Source: Squalus acanthias (lineage: Eukaryota). From it: a stretch of DNA of 64,000 nt. This document shows, piece after piece, positions 40,869-52,068 of the stretch (positions are counted from its first letter, which is position 1; the number at the start of each line of letters is the position of its first letter). A program made the position numbers and the translations under genes. The notes beneath the pieces are model-generated. The model did no database searches, had not been told where the DNA came from, and worked only from the letters and a program-made list of their open reading frames with translations. Location of the stretch: positions 186,001 to 250,000 of the forward strand of contig JASTWF010000330.1 of NCBI GenBank assembly GCA_030390025.1, in the 5' to 3' direction.

Positions 40869-41478
40869 CTGTAATAAAGGAAGAGAGACAGGGGAGAGTG
40901 CAGAGTGGAGAATGCCAGAACAGGTCTTCAGGCTGGTACTGGAGCCAATCACAATCCCACTCACTCACTGCGTCCACTCCCTTCAGGAACCACGTTCCAC
41001 TCCCCTCAGGAACTGCTTCCCACTTCCCTCAGGAACTGCATCCCACTCCTCTCAGGAACTGCGTCCCACTTCCCTCAGGAACTGCGTCCCACTCCCCTCA
41101 GGAACCGCATTCCACTCCCCTCAGGAACCATATCCCACTCTCCTCAGGAACCGCATTCCACTCCCCTCAGGAACCATATCCCACTCTCCTCAGGAACCGC
41201 GTTCCACTCCCCTCAGGAACTGCGTTCCACTCCCCACAGGAACCGCGTTCCACTCCCCACAGGAACCGCGTTCCACTCCCCTCAGGAACTGCATCCCACT
41301 CCCCTCAGGAACCGCGTTCCACTCCCCTCAGGAACCGCGTTCCACTCCCCTCAGGAACTGCGTTACACTCCCCTCAGGAACTGTATCTCACTCTCCTCAG
41401 TCTCCTCAACCCACTTCCCTCAGTCTCCTCACCCCACCCTCCTCAGTCTTCTCATCCCACTCCGTCAGTCTCCTCAAC

Positions 41479-41902
41479 ACGGTGGCATAGTGGTTAGCAC
41501 TGGTGCCTCACAGCGCCAGAGACCCGGGTTCGAATCTGACCTCGGGTGACTGTCTGTGTGGAGTTTGCACATTCTCCCCGTGTCTGCGTGGGTTTCCTCC
41601 GGGTGCTCCGGTTTCCTCCCACAGTCCAAAAATGTGTGGGTTAGGTTGATTTGGCTATGATAAATTGACCCTTAGTGTTAGGGGGGATTAAATATGTGTG
41701 GTTATGGGGATAGGATGGGATATGTTAGGGGGAATTAAATACGTGGGGTTACGGGGGTAGGGTGGGATATGTGTACTGTGGGGATTAAAGCAGGGACTGG
41801 ATTTGGATGATCAGCCATGATCGTATTGAATGGCGGAGCAGGCTCGACGGGCCGAATGGCCTACTCCTGCTCCTAGATTCTATGTTTCTATGTTTCTATG
41901 TT
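41479..41902 (+). mobile_element. tRNA-derived V-SINE (HE1-like) with CR1-derived 3' tail; target-site duplication TCAAC
   Basis: Pol III A and B boxes; V-domain tgtgtggagtttgcacattctccccgtgtctgcgtgggtttcctccgggtgctccggtttcctcccacagtccaaa; tail ...gaatggcggagcaggctcgacgggccgaatggcctactcctgctcct plus ttctatgt repeats; TCAAC at 41474-41478 and 41903-41907; empty paralogous site near 33915. Confidence 0.93.
41483..41536 (+). promoter_or_regulatory. Internal RNA polymerase III promoter of the SINE (A box and B box)
   Basis: A box TGGCATAGTGG at 41483-41493; B box GGTTCGAATC at 41527-41536. Confidence 0.8.
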
Positions 41903-42731
41903 TCAACCCATTCAGATCAATCTCGTCATTCCACTTCCCTCAGTCTCCTCATCCCACTACTATTCAGTCTCCTCATCCCATTCCCCTCAGTCTTCTCATC
42001 CCATGCCCCTCAGTCTCCTCAACCCAGTTCCCTCAGTCTCCTCATCCCACTCCCCTCAATGTACTCATCCCGCTCTCCTAAGTCTCATCGTCCCACTCCC
42101 CTGATTCTCCTCATCCCATTCCCCTCATTCTACTCATCCCACTCCATAAAGCCTCCTCATCCCACTCCCCTCAGTCTCCTCATCCCACTCCTCTCAGTCG
42201 ACTCATCCCACTCCCACTCAGTCTCCTCATCCCACGCCCCTCAGTCTCCTCATTCTACTCCCCTCATTCTCCTCATCCCACTCCATAAAGCCTCCTCATC
42301 CCACTCCCCTCAGTCTCCTCATCCCACTCCTCTCAGTCTACTCATCCCACTCCCGCTCAGTCTCCTCATCCCACGCCCCTCAGTCTCCTCATTCTACTCC
42401 CCTCAGTCTCCTCATCCCACTACCCTCAGTCTCCTCATCACATTCGGCTCAGACACGTCATCCCACTCCCCTCAGACTCCTCATCCCACTCCCCTCAGAC
42501 TCCTCATCCCACTCCCCTCAGACTCCTCATCCCACTCCCCACAATCTCCTCATCCCTCTCTCCAGTCTCCTCATCCCACTCCCCTCAGTCCCCTCATCCC
42601 ACTCCCCTCAGACTCCTCATCTCGCTCCACTCAGTCACTATACCCACTCACTCAGTAAGAGACTAGATGAGATTTTCAGGAGTCACATTGGGTGAACAGA
42701 CTGTACACAATGGACGGAACAAGACAGATAC

Positions 42732-42812
42732 CTGAGGCTGCAGACCCCACTGGGATAGTGGTTGAACGGTCAGTTGATTCTCGAGTCGACTGTGTTGTGT
42801 ATGTGTCCGAAT
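42732..42812 (-). CDS. Putative exon, type C, 81 nt: DSDTYTTQSTRESTDRSTTIPVGSAAS
   Basis: Paralogue of 34715..34795; intact AG and GT. Confidence 0.7.
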
Positions 42813-44018
42813 CTGTAATAAAGGAACAGAGACATGGGAGAGTGCAGAGTGGAGAAAACAAGAACAGGTCATCAGGCTGGTACTGGAGCCAATCATAATC
42901 CCACTAACTCACTGCGTCCCACTCCCCTCAGGAACCGTGTTCCACTCCCCTCAGGAACCGCGTTCGACTCCCCTCAGGAACCGCGTTCCACTCCCTTCAG
43001 GAACCACGTCCCACTCCCCTCAGGAACTGCATCCCACTCCTCTCAGGAACTGCGTCCCACTTCCCTCAGGAACTGCGTCCCACTCCCCTCAGGAACTGTG
43101 TCCCACTCTCCTCAGTCTCCTCAACCCACTTCCCTCAGTCTCCTCATCCCACCCTCCGCAGTCTTCTCATCCCACTCCGCCAGTCTCCTCAACCCATTCG
43201 GATCAATCTCGTCATTCCACTTCCTTCAGTCTCCTCATCCCACTACTATTCAGTCCCCTCACCCTACTCTCCACTGACTCCTCGTCCTACTCCCCTCAGT
43301 CTCCTCATCCAATTCCGCTCCGACTCCTCATCCCACTCCCCTCAGTCTCCTTATCCCACTCCTCTCAGTCTACTCATCCCTCTCCACTTAGTCTCCTCAT
43401 CCGACTCCCCACCGTCCCCTCATCCCACTCCCCTCAGTCTCCTCATCCCATTCCCCTCAGTCTCCTCATTCCACTCCCCTCAGTCCCCTCATCCTACTCC
43501 CCACAGCCTCCTCATCCCACTCCCCTCAGTCTCCTAAACCCAGTTCCCTCAGTCTCCTCATCCCACTCCCCTCAATGTACTCATTCTGCTCCCCTCAGTC
43601 TCCTCATTCCACTCCCCTCAGTCCCCTCATCCTACTCCCCACAGCCTCCTCATCCCACTCCCCTCAGTCTCCTAAACCCAGTTCCCTCAGTCTCCTCATC
43701 CCACTCCCCTCAATGTACTCATTCTGCTCCCCTCAGTCTCCTCGTCACACTCCCCTGAGTCTCCTCATCCCATTCCCCTCAGTCTCCTCATCCCACTCCC
43801 CTCAGTCTCCTCATCCCACTCCCCTCAGTCTACTCATCCCACTACCACTCAGATACGTCATCCCACTCCCCTCAGTCTCCTCATCACACTCCCCTCAGAC
43901 TCCTCATCCCACTCCCCTCAGTCACTATACCCACTCACTCAGTAAGAGACTGGATGAGCTTTTCAGGAGTCACATTGGGTGAACAGACTGTACACAATGG
44001 ACGGAACAAGACAGATAC

Positions 44019-44099
44019 CTGAGGCTGCAGACCCCACTGGGATAGTGGTTGAACGGTCAGTGGATTCTCGAGTCGACTGTGTTGTGTATGTGTCCGGAT
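44019..44099 (-). CDS. Putative exon, type C, 81 nt: DPDTYTTQSTRESTDRSTTIPVGSAAS
   Basis: Paralogue of 36002..36082; intact AG and GT. Confidence 0.7.
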
Positions 44100-45442
44100 C
44101 TGTAATAAAGGAAGAGAGACAGGGGAGAGTGCAGAGTGGAGAAAACCAGAACAGGTCATCAGGCTGGTACTGGAGCCGATCACAATCCCACTCACTCACT
44201 GCATCCCACTCCCCTCAGCAACTGCGTCCCACTCCCCTCAGGAACTGCATCCCACTCCTCTCAGGAACTGCGTCCCACTCCCCTCAGGAACTGCATCCCA
44301 CTCCTCTCAGGAACTGCGGCCCACTCCCCTCAGGAACTGCGTCCCACTCCCCTCAGGAACTGCGTCCCACTCCCCTCAGGAACTGCGTCCCACTCCCCTC
44401 AGGAACCGCGTCCCACTCCCCTCAGGAACCGCGTTCCATTCTCCTCAGGAACCGCGTTCCATTCTCCTCAGGAACTGTGCCCCACTCCCCTCAGGAACTG
44501 CTTCCCACTCCCCTCAGGAACTGCGTCCCACTCCCCTCAGGAACTGCATCCCACTCCCCTCAGGAACTGCATCCCACTCCTCTCAGGAACTGCGTCCCAC
44601 TTCCCTCTGGAACTGCATCCCACTCCCCTCAGGAACTGCATCCCACTCTCCTCAGTCTCCTCAACCCGGTCCCCTCAGTCTCCTCATCCCACTCTCCTCA
44701 GTCTCCTCATCCCACTCCCCTCAGTCCCCTCATCCCACTTCCCTCAGTCTCCTCATCCCACTCCCCTCAGACTCCTCATCCCACTCCCCTCAGTCCCCTC
44801 ATCCCACTTCCCTCAGTCTCCTCATCCCACTCCCCTCAGACTCCTCATCCCACTCTCCTCAGTCTCCTCATCCCACTCCCCTCAGTCCCCTCATCCCACT
44901 TCCCTCAGTCTCCTCATCCCACTCCCCTCAGACTCCTCATCCCACTCTCCTCAGTCTCCTCATCCCACTCCCCTCAGTCCCCTCATCCCACTTCCCTCAG
45001 TCTCCTCATCCCACTCCCCTCAGACTCCTCATCCCACTCCCCTCAGTCCCCTCATCCCACTTCCCTCAGTCTCCTCATTCCACTCCCCTCAGTCTCCTCA
45101 TCCCACACAACTCAGTCTCCTCATCCAACTCCCCACCGTCCCCTCATCCCACTCCCCTCAGTATCCTCATCAAACTGCCCTCAGTCCCCTCATCCCACTC
45201 CCCTCGGTCTCCTCATCACACTCCCCTCAGTCTCCTCAAACCACACACCTCAGTCTCCTCATCAAACTCCCCTCAGTCTCCTCATTCCACACACCTCAGT
45301 CTCCTCATCAAACTCCCCTCAGACTCCTCATCTCGCTCCCCTCAGTCACTATACCCACTCACTCAGTAAGAGACTGGATGAGCTTTTCAGGAGTCACATT
45401 GGGTGAACAGACTGTACACAATGGACGGAACAAGACAGATAC

Positions 45443-45523
45443 CTGAGGCTGCAGACCCCACTGGGATAGTGGATGAACGGTCAGTGGATTCTCGAGTCAA
45501 CTGTGTTGTGGATGTGTCCGGAT
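45443..45523 (-). CDS. Putative exon, type C, 81 nt: DPDTSTTQLTRESTDRSSTIPVGSAAS
   Basis: Paralogue of 37311..37391; intact AG and GT. Confidence 0.7.
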
Positions 45524-46451
45524 CTGAAATAAAGGAAGAGAGACTTGGGAGAGTGCAGAGTGGAGAAAACCAGAACAGGTCATCAGGCTGGTACTGGAGC
45601 CAATCACAATCCCACTCACTCACTGCGTCCGACTCTCCTCTGAACTGCGTTCCACTGCCCTCAGGAACTGCGTCCCACTCCTCTCAGGAACCGCGTCCCA
45701 CTCCCCTCAGGAACTGCGTCCCACTCCCCTCAGGAACCGCGTCCCACTCCCCTCAGGAACCGCGTCCCACTCTCCTCAGGAACTGCGTCCCTCTCCCCTC
45801 AGGAACTGCGTCCCACTCCCCTCAGGAACTGCGTCCCATTCCTCTCAGGAACTGCGTCCCATTCCTCTCAGGAACTGCGTCTCACTCCCCTCAGGAACTG
45901 CGTCCCACTCCCCTCAGGAACCGTGTCCCACTCCCCTCAGGAACCGCGTCCCACTGCCCTCAGGAACCGCGTCCCACTCCCCTCAGGAACCGCGTCCCAC
46001 TCCTCTCAGTCTCCTCAACCCACTTCACTCAGTCTCCTCATCCCACTCCCGACAGTCTCCTCATCGCACTCACATCAGTCTCCTCATTCCACTCCCCTCT
46101 GTCTCTTCATCCCACTCCCCTCAGTCTCCGCAGCCCACTCCCCTCAGTCTCCTCATTCCACTCCCCTCTGTCTCCTCATCCCACTCACATCAGTCTCCTC
46201 ATTCCACTCCCCTCTGTCTCCTCTTCCCACTCCCCTCAGTCTCCTCAGCCCACTCACATCAGTCTCCTCATTCCACTCCCCTCTGTCTCCTCATCCCACT
46301 TCCCTCAGTCCCCTCATCCCACTCCCCTCAGACTCCTCATCTCGCTCCCCTCAGTCACTATATCCACTCACTCAGTAAGAGACTAGTTGAGCTTTTCAGG
46401 AGTCACATTGGGTGAACAGACTGTACACAATGGACGGAACAAGACAGATAC

Positions 46452-46532
46452 CTGAGTCTGCAGACCCCACTGGGATAGTGGATGAACAGTCAGTGGATTC
46501 TTGAGTCGACTGTGTTGTGTATGTGTCCGGAT
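46452..46532 (-). CDS. Putative exon, type C, 81 nt: DPDTYTTQSTQESTDCSSTIPVGSADS
   Basis: Paralogue of 38320..38400; intact AG and GT. Confidence 0.7.
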
Positions 46533-47920
46533 CTGTAATAAAGGAAGAGAGACAGGGGAAAGTGCAGAGTGGAGAAAACCAGAACAGGTCATCAGGCTGG
46601 TACTGGAGCCAATCAGAATCCCACTCACTCACTGCATCCCACTCCCCTCAGCAACTGCGTCCCACTCCCCTCAGGAACTGCATCCCACTCCTCTCAGGAA
46701 CTGCGGCCCACTCCCCTCAGGAACTGCGGCCCACTTCCCTCTGGAACTGCGTCCCACTCCCCTCAGGAACTGCGTCCCACTCCCTTCAGGAACCGCGTTC
46801 CACTCCCCTCAGGAACTGCGTCCCACTCCCCTCAGGAACCGCGTTCCACTCTCCTCTGAACTGCATCCCACTCCTCTCAGGAACTGCGGCCCACTCCCCT
46901 CAGGAACTGCGTCCCACTTCCCTCTGGAACTGCGTCCCACTCCCCTCAGGAACTGCGTCCCACTCCCTTCAGGAACCGCGTTCCACTCCCTTCAGGAACT
47001 GCGTCCCACTCCCCTCAGGAACTGCGTCCCACTCCTCTCAGGAACTGCGTCCCACTTCCCTCTGGAACTGCGTCCCACTCCTCTCAGGAACTGCTTCCCA
47101 CTCCCCTCAGGAACTGCGTCCCACTCCCCTCAGGAACTGCGTCCCACTCCCCTCAGGAACCGCGTCCCTCTCCTCTCAGGAACTGCGTCCCACTCCCCTC
47201 AGGAACTGCGTCCCACTCCCCTCAGGAACTGCATCCCACTCCCCTCAGGAACTGCGACCCACTCCCCTCAGGAACTGCATCCCACTCCCCTCAGGAACTG
47301 CGACCCACTCCTCTCAGGAACTGTGTCCCACTCCTCTCAGGAACTGCGTCCCACTCCCCTCAGGAACCGTGTCCCACTCCCCTCAGGAACCGCGTCCCAC
47401 TGCCCTCAGGAACCGCGTCCCACTCCCCTCAGGAACCGCGTCCCACTCCTCTCAGTCTCCTCAACCCACTTCACTCAGTCTCCTCATCCCACCCTCCTAA
47501 GTCTCCTCATCCCACTCCCGACAGTATCCTCATCGCACTCACATCAGTCTCCTCATTCCACTCCCCTCTGTCTCCTCATCCCACTCCCCTCAGTCTCCGC
47601 AGCCCACTCCCCTCAGTCTCCTCATTCCACTCCCCTCTGTCTCCTCATCCCACTCACATCAGTCTCCTCATTCCACTCCCCTCTGTCTCCTCTTCCCACT
47701 CCCCTCAGTCTCCTCAGCCCACTCACCTCAGTCTCCTCATTCCACTCCCCTCTGTCTCCTCATCCCACTTCCCTCAGTCCCCTCATCCCACTCCCCTCAG
47801 ACTCCTCATCTCGCTCCCCTCAGTCACTATATCCACTCACTCAGTAAGAGACTAGTTGAGCTTTTCAGGAGTCACATTGGGTGAACAGACTGTACACAAT
47901 GGACGGAACAAGACAGATAC

Positions 47921-48001
47921 CTGAGTCTGCAGACCCCACTGGGATAGTGGATGAACGGTCAGTGGATTCTTGAGTCGACTGTGTTGTGTATGTGTCCGGA
48001 T
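47921..48001 (-). CDS. Putative exon, type C, 81 nt: DPDTYTTQSTQESTDRSSTIPVGSADS (preceded by a duplicated acceptor)
   Basis: Paralogue of 39766..39846; intact AG and GT, but a 106-bp tandem duplication adds a second acceptor upstream. Confidence 0.55.
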
Positions 48002-48156
48002 CTGTAATAAAGGAAGAGAGACAGGGGAGAGTGCAGAGTGGAGAAAACCATAGTGGATGAACGGTCAGTGGATTCTTGAGTCGACTGTGTTGTGTATGTG
48101 TCCGGATCTGTAATAAAGGAAGAGAGACAGGGGAGAGTGCAGAGTGGAGAAAACCA
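47945..48156. repeat. 106-bp tandem duplication covering the acceptor and 5' part of an exon
   Basis: 47945..48050 (tagtggatgaacgg...gagaaaacca) is repeated at 48051..48156. Confidence 0.92.
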
Positions 48157-49059
48157 GAACAGGTCATCAGGCTGGTACTGGAGCCAATCAGAATCCCACT
48201 CAATCACTGCATCCCACTCCCCTCAGCAACTGCGTCCCACTCCCCTCAGGAACTGCATCCCACTCCTCTCAGGAACTGCGGCCCACTCCCCTCAGGAACT
48301 GCGTCCCACTTCCCTCTGGAACTGCGTCCCACTCCCCTCAGGAACCGCGTTCCACTCCCCTCAGGAACTGCGTTCCACTCCCCTCAGGATCCGCGTTCCA
48401 TTCTCCTCAGGAACTGTGCCCCACTCCCCTCAGGAACTGCTTCCCACTCCCCTCAGGAACTGCGTCCCACTCCCCTCAGGAACTGCATCCCACTCCTCTC
48501 AGGAACTGCGTCCCACTTCCCTCTGGAACTGCATCCCACTCCCCTCAGGAACTGCATCCCACTCTCCTCAGTCTCCTCAACCCGGTCCCCTCAGTCTCCT
48601 CATCCCACTCCCCTCAGTCTCCTCATCCCACTCCCCTCAGTCCCCTCATCCCACTTCCCTCAGTCCCCTCATCCCACTCCCCTCAGACTCCTCATTCCAC
48701 TCCCCTCAGTCTCCTCATCCCACACAACTCAGTCTCCTCATCCAACTCCCCACCGTCCCCTCATCCCACTCCCCTCAGTATCCTCATCAAACTGCCCTCA
48801 GTCCCCTCATCCCACTCCCCTCGGTCTCCTCATCCCACTCCCCTCAGTCTCCTCAAACCACACACCTCAGTCTCCTCATCAAACTCCCCTCAGTCTCCTC
48901 ATTCCACACACCTCAGTCTCCTCATCAAACTCCCCTCAGTCTTCTCATCTCGCTCCCCTCAGTCACTATACCCACTCACTCAGTAAGAGACTGGATGAGC
49001 TTTTCAGGAGTCACATTGTGTGAACAGACTGTACACAATGGACAGAACAAGACAGATAC

Positions 49060-49140
49060 CTGAGGCTGCAGACCCCACTGGGATAGTGGATGAACGGTCA
49101 GTGGATTCTCGAGTCAACTGTGTTGTGGATGTGTCCGGAT
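49060..49140 (-). CDS. Putative exon, type C, 81 nt: DPDTSTTQLTRESTDRSSTIPVGSAAS
   Basis: Acceptor ...tttatttcag, donor CAG|GTATCT; phase-0 frame has TGA. Confidence 0.7.
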
Positions 49141-50862
49141 CTGAAATAAAGGAAGAGAGACTTGGGAGAGTGCAGAGTGGAGAAAACCAGAACAGGTCAT
49201 CAGGCTGGTACTGGAGCCAATCACAATCCCACTCACTCACAGCGTCCCACTCTCCTCTGAACTGCGTTCCACTCCCCTCAGGAACTGCGTCCCACTCCTC
49301 TCAGGAACTGCGTCCCACTCCCCTCAGGAACTGCGTCCCACTCCCCTCAGGAACCGCGTCCCACTCTCCTCAGGAACTGCGTCCCACTCCCCTCAGGAAC
49401 TGCGTCCCACTCCCCTCAGGAACTGCGTCCCACTCCCCTCAGGAACTGCTTCCCACTCCCCTCAGGAACTGCGTCCCACTCCCCTCAGGAACTGCGTCCC
49501 ATTCCTCTCAGGAACTGCGTCCCATTCCTCTCAGGAACTGCATCCCATTCCTCTCAGGAACTGCGTCTCACTCCCCTCAGGAACTGCGTCCCACTCCCCT
49601 CAGGAACTGCGTCCCACTCCCCTCAGGAACTGCGTCCCACTCCCCTCAGGAACTGCGTCCCACTCCTCTAAGGAACTGCGTCCCACTCCCCTCAGGAACT
49701 GCGTTCCACTCCCCTCAGGAACTGCGTTCCACTCCCCTCAGGAACTGCGTCCCACTCCTCTCAGGAACTGCGTCCCACTCCCCTCAGGAACTGCGTTCCA
49801 CTCCCCTCAGGAACTGCGTTCCACTCCCCTCAGGAACCGCGTTCCACTCCCCTCAGGAACTGCGTCCCACTCCCCTCAGGAACCGCGTCCCACTCCCCTC
49901 AGGAACTGCTTCCCACTCCCCTCAGGAACCGTGTCCCACTCTCCTCAGGAACTGCGTCCCACTCCCCTCAGGAACTGCGTCCCACTCCTCTCAGGAACTG
50001 CGTCCCACTCCCCTCAGGAACTGCGTCCCACTCCCCTCAGGAACTGCGTTCCACTCCCCTCAGGAACTGCGTTCCACTCCCCTCAGGAACTGCGTCCCAC
50101 TCCCCTCAGGAACCGCGTCCCACTCCCCTCAGGAACTGCTTCCCACTCCCCTCAGGAACCGTGTCCCACTCTCCTCAGGAACTGCGTCCCACTCCCCTCA
50201 GGAACTGCATCCCACTCCTCCCAGTCTCCTCAACCCACTTCACTCAGTCTCCTCATCCCACCCTCCTAAGTCTCCTCATCCCACTCCCGACAGTCTCCTC
50301 ATCCCATTCGGATCAGTACCGTCATTCCACTTCCCTCAATCTCCTCATCCCACTACTTTCAGTCTCCTCATCCCACTCCCCACATTCTCCTCATCCCACT
50401 CACATCAGTCTCCTCATTCCACTCCCCTGTCTCCTCATCCCACTCCCCTCAGCCCACTCCCCTCAGTCTCCTCATTCCACTCCCCTCTGTCTCCTCATCC
50501 CACTCACATCAGTCTCCTCATTCCACTCCCCTCAGTCTCCTCATTCCACTCCCCTCTGTCTCCTCATCCCACTCACATCAGTCTCCTCATTCCACTCCCC
50601 TCTGTCTCCTCTTCCCACTCCCCTCTGTCTCCTCTTCCCACTCCCCTCAGTCTCCTCAGCCCACTCCCCTCAGTCTCCTCTTCCCACTCCTCTCAATCTA
50701 CTCATCCCACTCCCCTCAGTCTCCACATCCCACTCCCCTCAGACTCCTCATCTCGCTCCCCTCAGTCACTGTATCCACTCACTCAGTAAGAGCCTGGATG
50801 AGCTTTTCAGGAGTCACATTGGGTGAACAGACTGTACACAATGGACGGAACAAGACAGATAC

Positions 50863-50943
50863 CTGAGTCTGCAGACCCCACTGGGATAGTGGATGAACGG
50901 TCAGTGGATTCTCGAGTCGACTGTGTTGTGTATGTGTCCGGAT
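50863..50943 (-). CDS. Putative exon, type C, 81 nt: DPDTYTTQSTRESTDRSSTIPVGSADS
   Basis: Acceptor ...tttatttcag, donor CAG|GTATCT. Confidence 0.7.
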
Positions 50944-51987
50944 CTGAAATAAAGGAAGAGAGACTTGGGAGAGTGCAGAGTGGAGAAAACCAGAACAGGT
51001 CATCAGGCTGGTACTGGAGCCAATCACAATCCCACTCACTCACTGCGTCCCACTCCTCTCAGGAACTGTGTCCAACTCCCCTCATGAACTGTGTCCAACT
51101 CCCCTCAGGAACCGCGTCCCACTCCTCTCAGGAACTGCGTCCCACTCCCCTCAGGAACTGCGTCCCACTCCCCTCAGGAACCGCGTCCCACTCCCCTCAG
51201 GAACCGCGTCCCACTCCCCTCAGGAACTGCGTCCCACTCCCCTCAGGAACTGCGTCCCACTCCCCTCAGGAACTGCATCCCACTCCCCTCAGGAACTGCG
51301 TCCCACTCCCCTCAGGAACTGCGTCTCACTCCTCTCAGGAACTGCGTCTCACTCCTCTCAGGAACTGCGTCCCATTCCCCTCAGGAACCGCGTCCCACTC
51401 TCCTCAGGAACCGCGTCCCACTCTCCTCAGGAACCGCGTCCCACTCCCCTCAGGAACTGCGTCCCACTCCCCTCAGTCTCCTCATCCCACTCCCCACAGT
51501 CTCCTCATTCCACACATCTCAGTCTCCTCATTCCACTCCCCTCAGTCCCCTCATCCTACTCCCCACAGCCTCCTCATCCCACTCCCCTCAGTCTCCTCAA
51601 CCCAGTTCCCTCAGTCTCCTCATCCCACTCCCCTCATTGTACTCATTCTGCTCCCCTCAGTCTCCTCGTCCCACTCCCCTGAGTCTCCTCATCCCATTCC
51701 CCTCAGTCTCCTCATCCCACTCCCCTCAGTCTCCTCATCCCACTCCCCTCAGTCTCCTCATCCCACTCCCCTCAGTTTCCTCATCCCACTCCTCTCAGTC
51801 TCCTCATCCCATTCCCCTCAGTCTCCTCATTCCACTCCCCTCAGTCTCCTCATCACACTCCCCTCAGACTCCTCATCTCGCTCCCCTCAGTCACTATACC
51901 CACTCACTCAGTAAGAGACTGGATGAGCTTTTCAGGAGTCACATTGGGTGAACAGACTGTACACAACGGACAGAACAAGACAGATAC

Positions 51988-52068
51988 CTGAGGCTGCAGA
52001 CCCCACTGGGATAGTATTTGAACGGTCAGTGGATTCTTTAGTCGACTGTGTTGTGTATGTGTCCGGAT
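51988..52068 (-). CDS. Putative exon, type C, 81 nt: DPDTYTTQSTKESTDRSNTIPVGSAAS
   Basis: Acceptor ...tttattgcag, donor CAG|GTATCT. Confidence 0.7.

Larger units (their letters stand above)
33000..48500. repeat. Tandem segmental duplication of a six-exon block (~33.0-40.5 kb and ~40.5-48.5 kb)
   Basis: Six exon variants recur in the same order at offsets 7559, 8017, 8017, 8132, 8132 and 8155 bp, with shared intron marker variants; boundaries approximate. Confidence 0.9.

Noticed and set aside
41479..41550. tRNA gene
   Set aside because: The A/B-box region is the tRNA-derived head of the SINE. It continues directly into the V-domain and LINE-like tail and is flanked by a target-site duplication.
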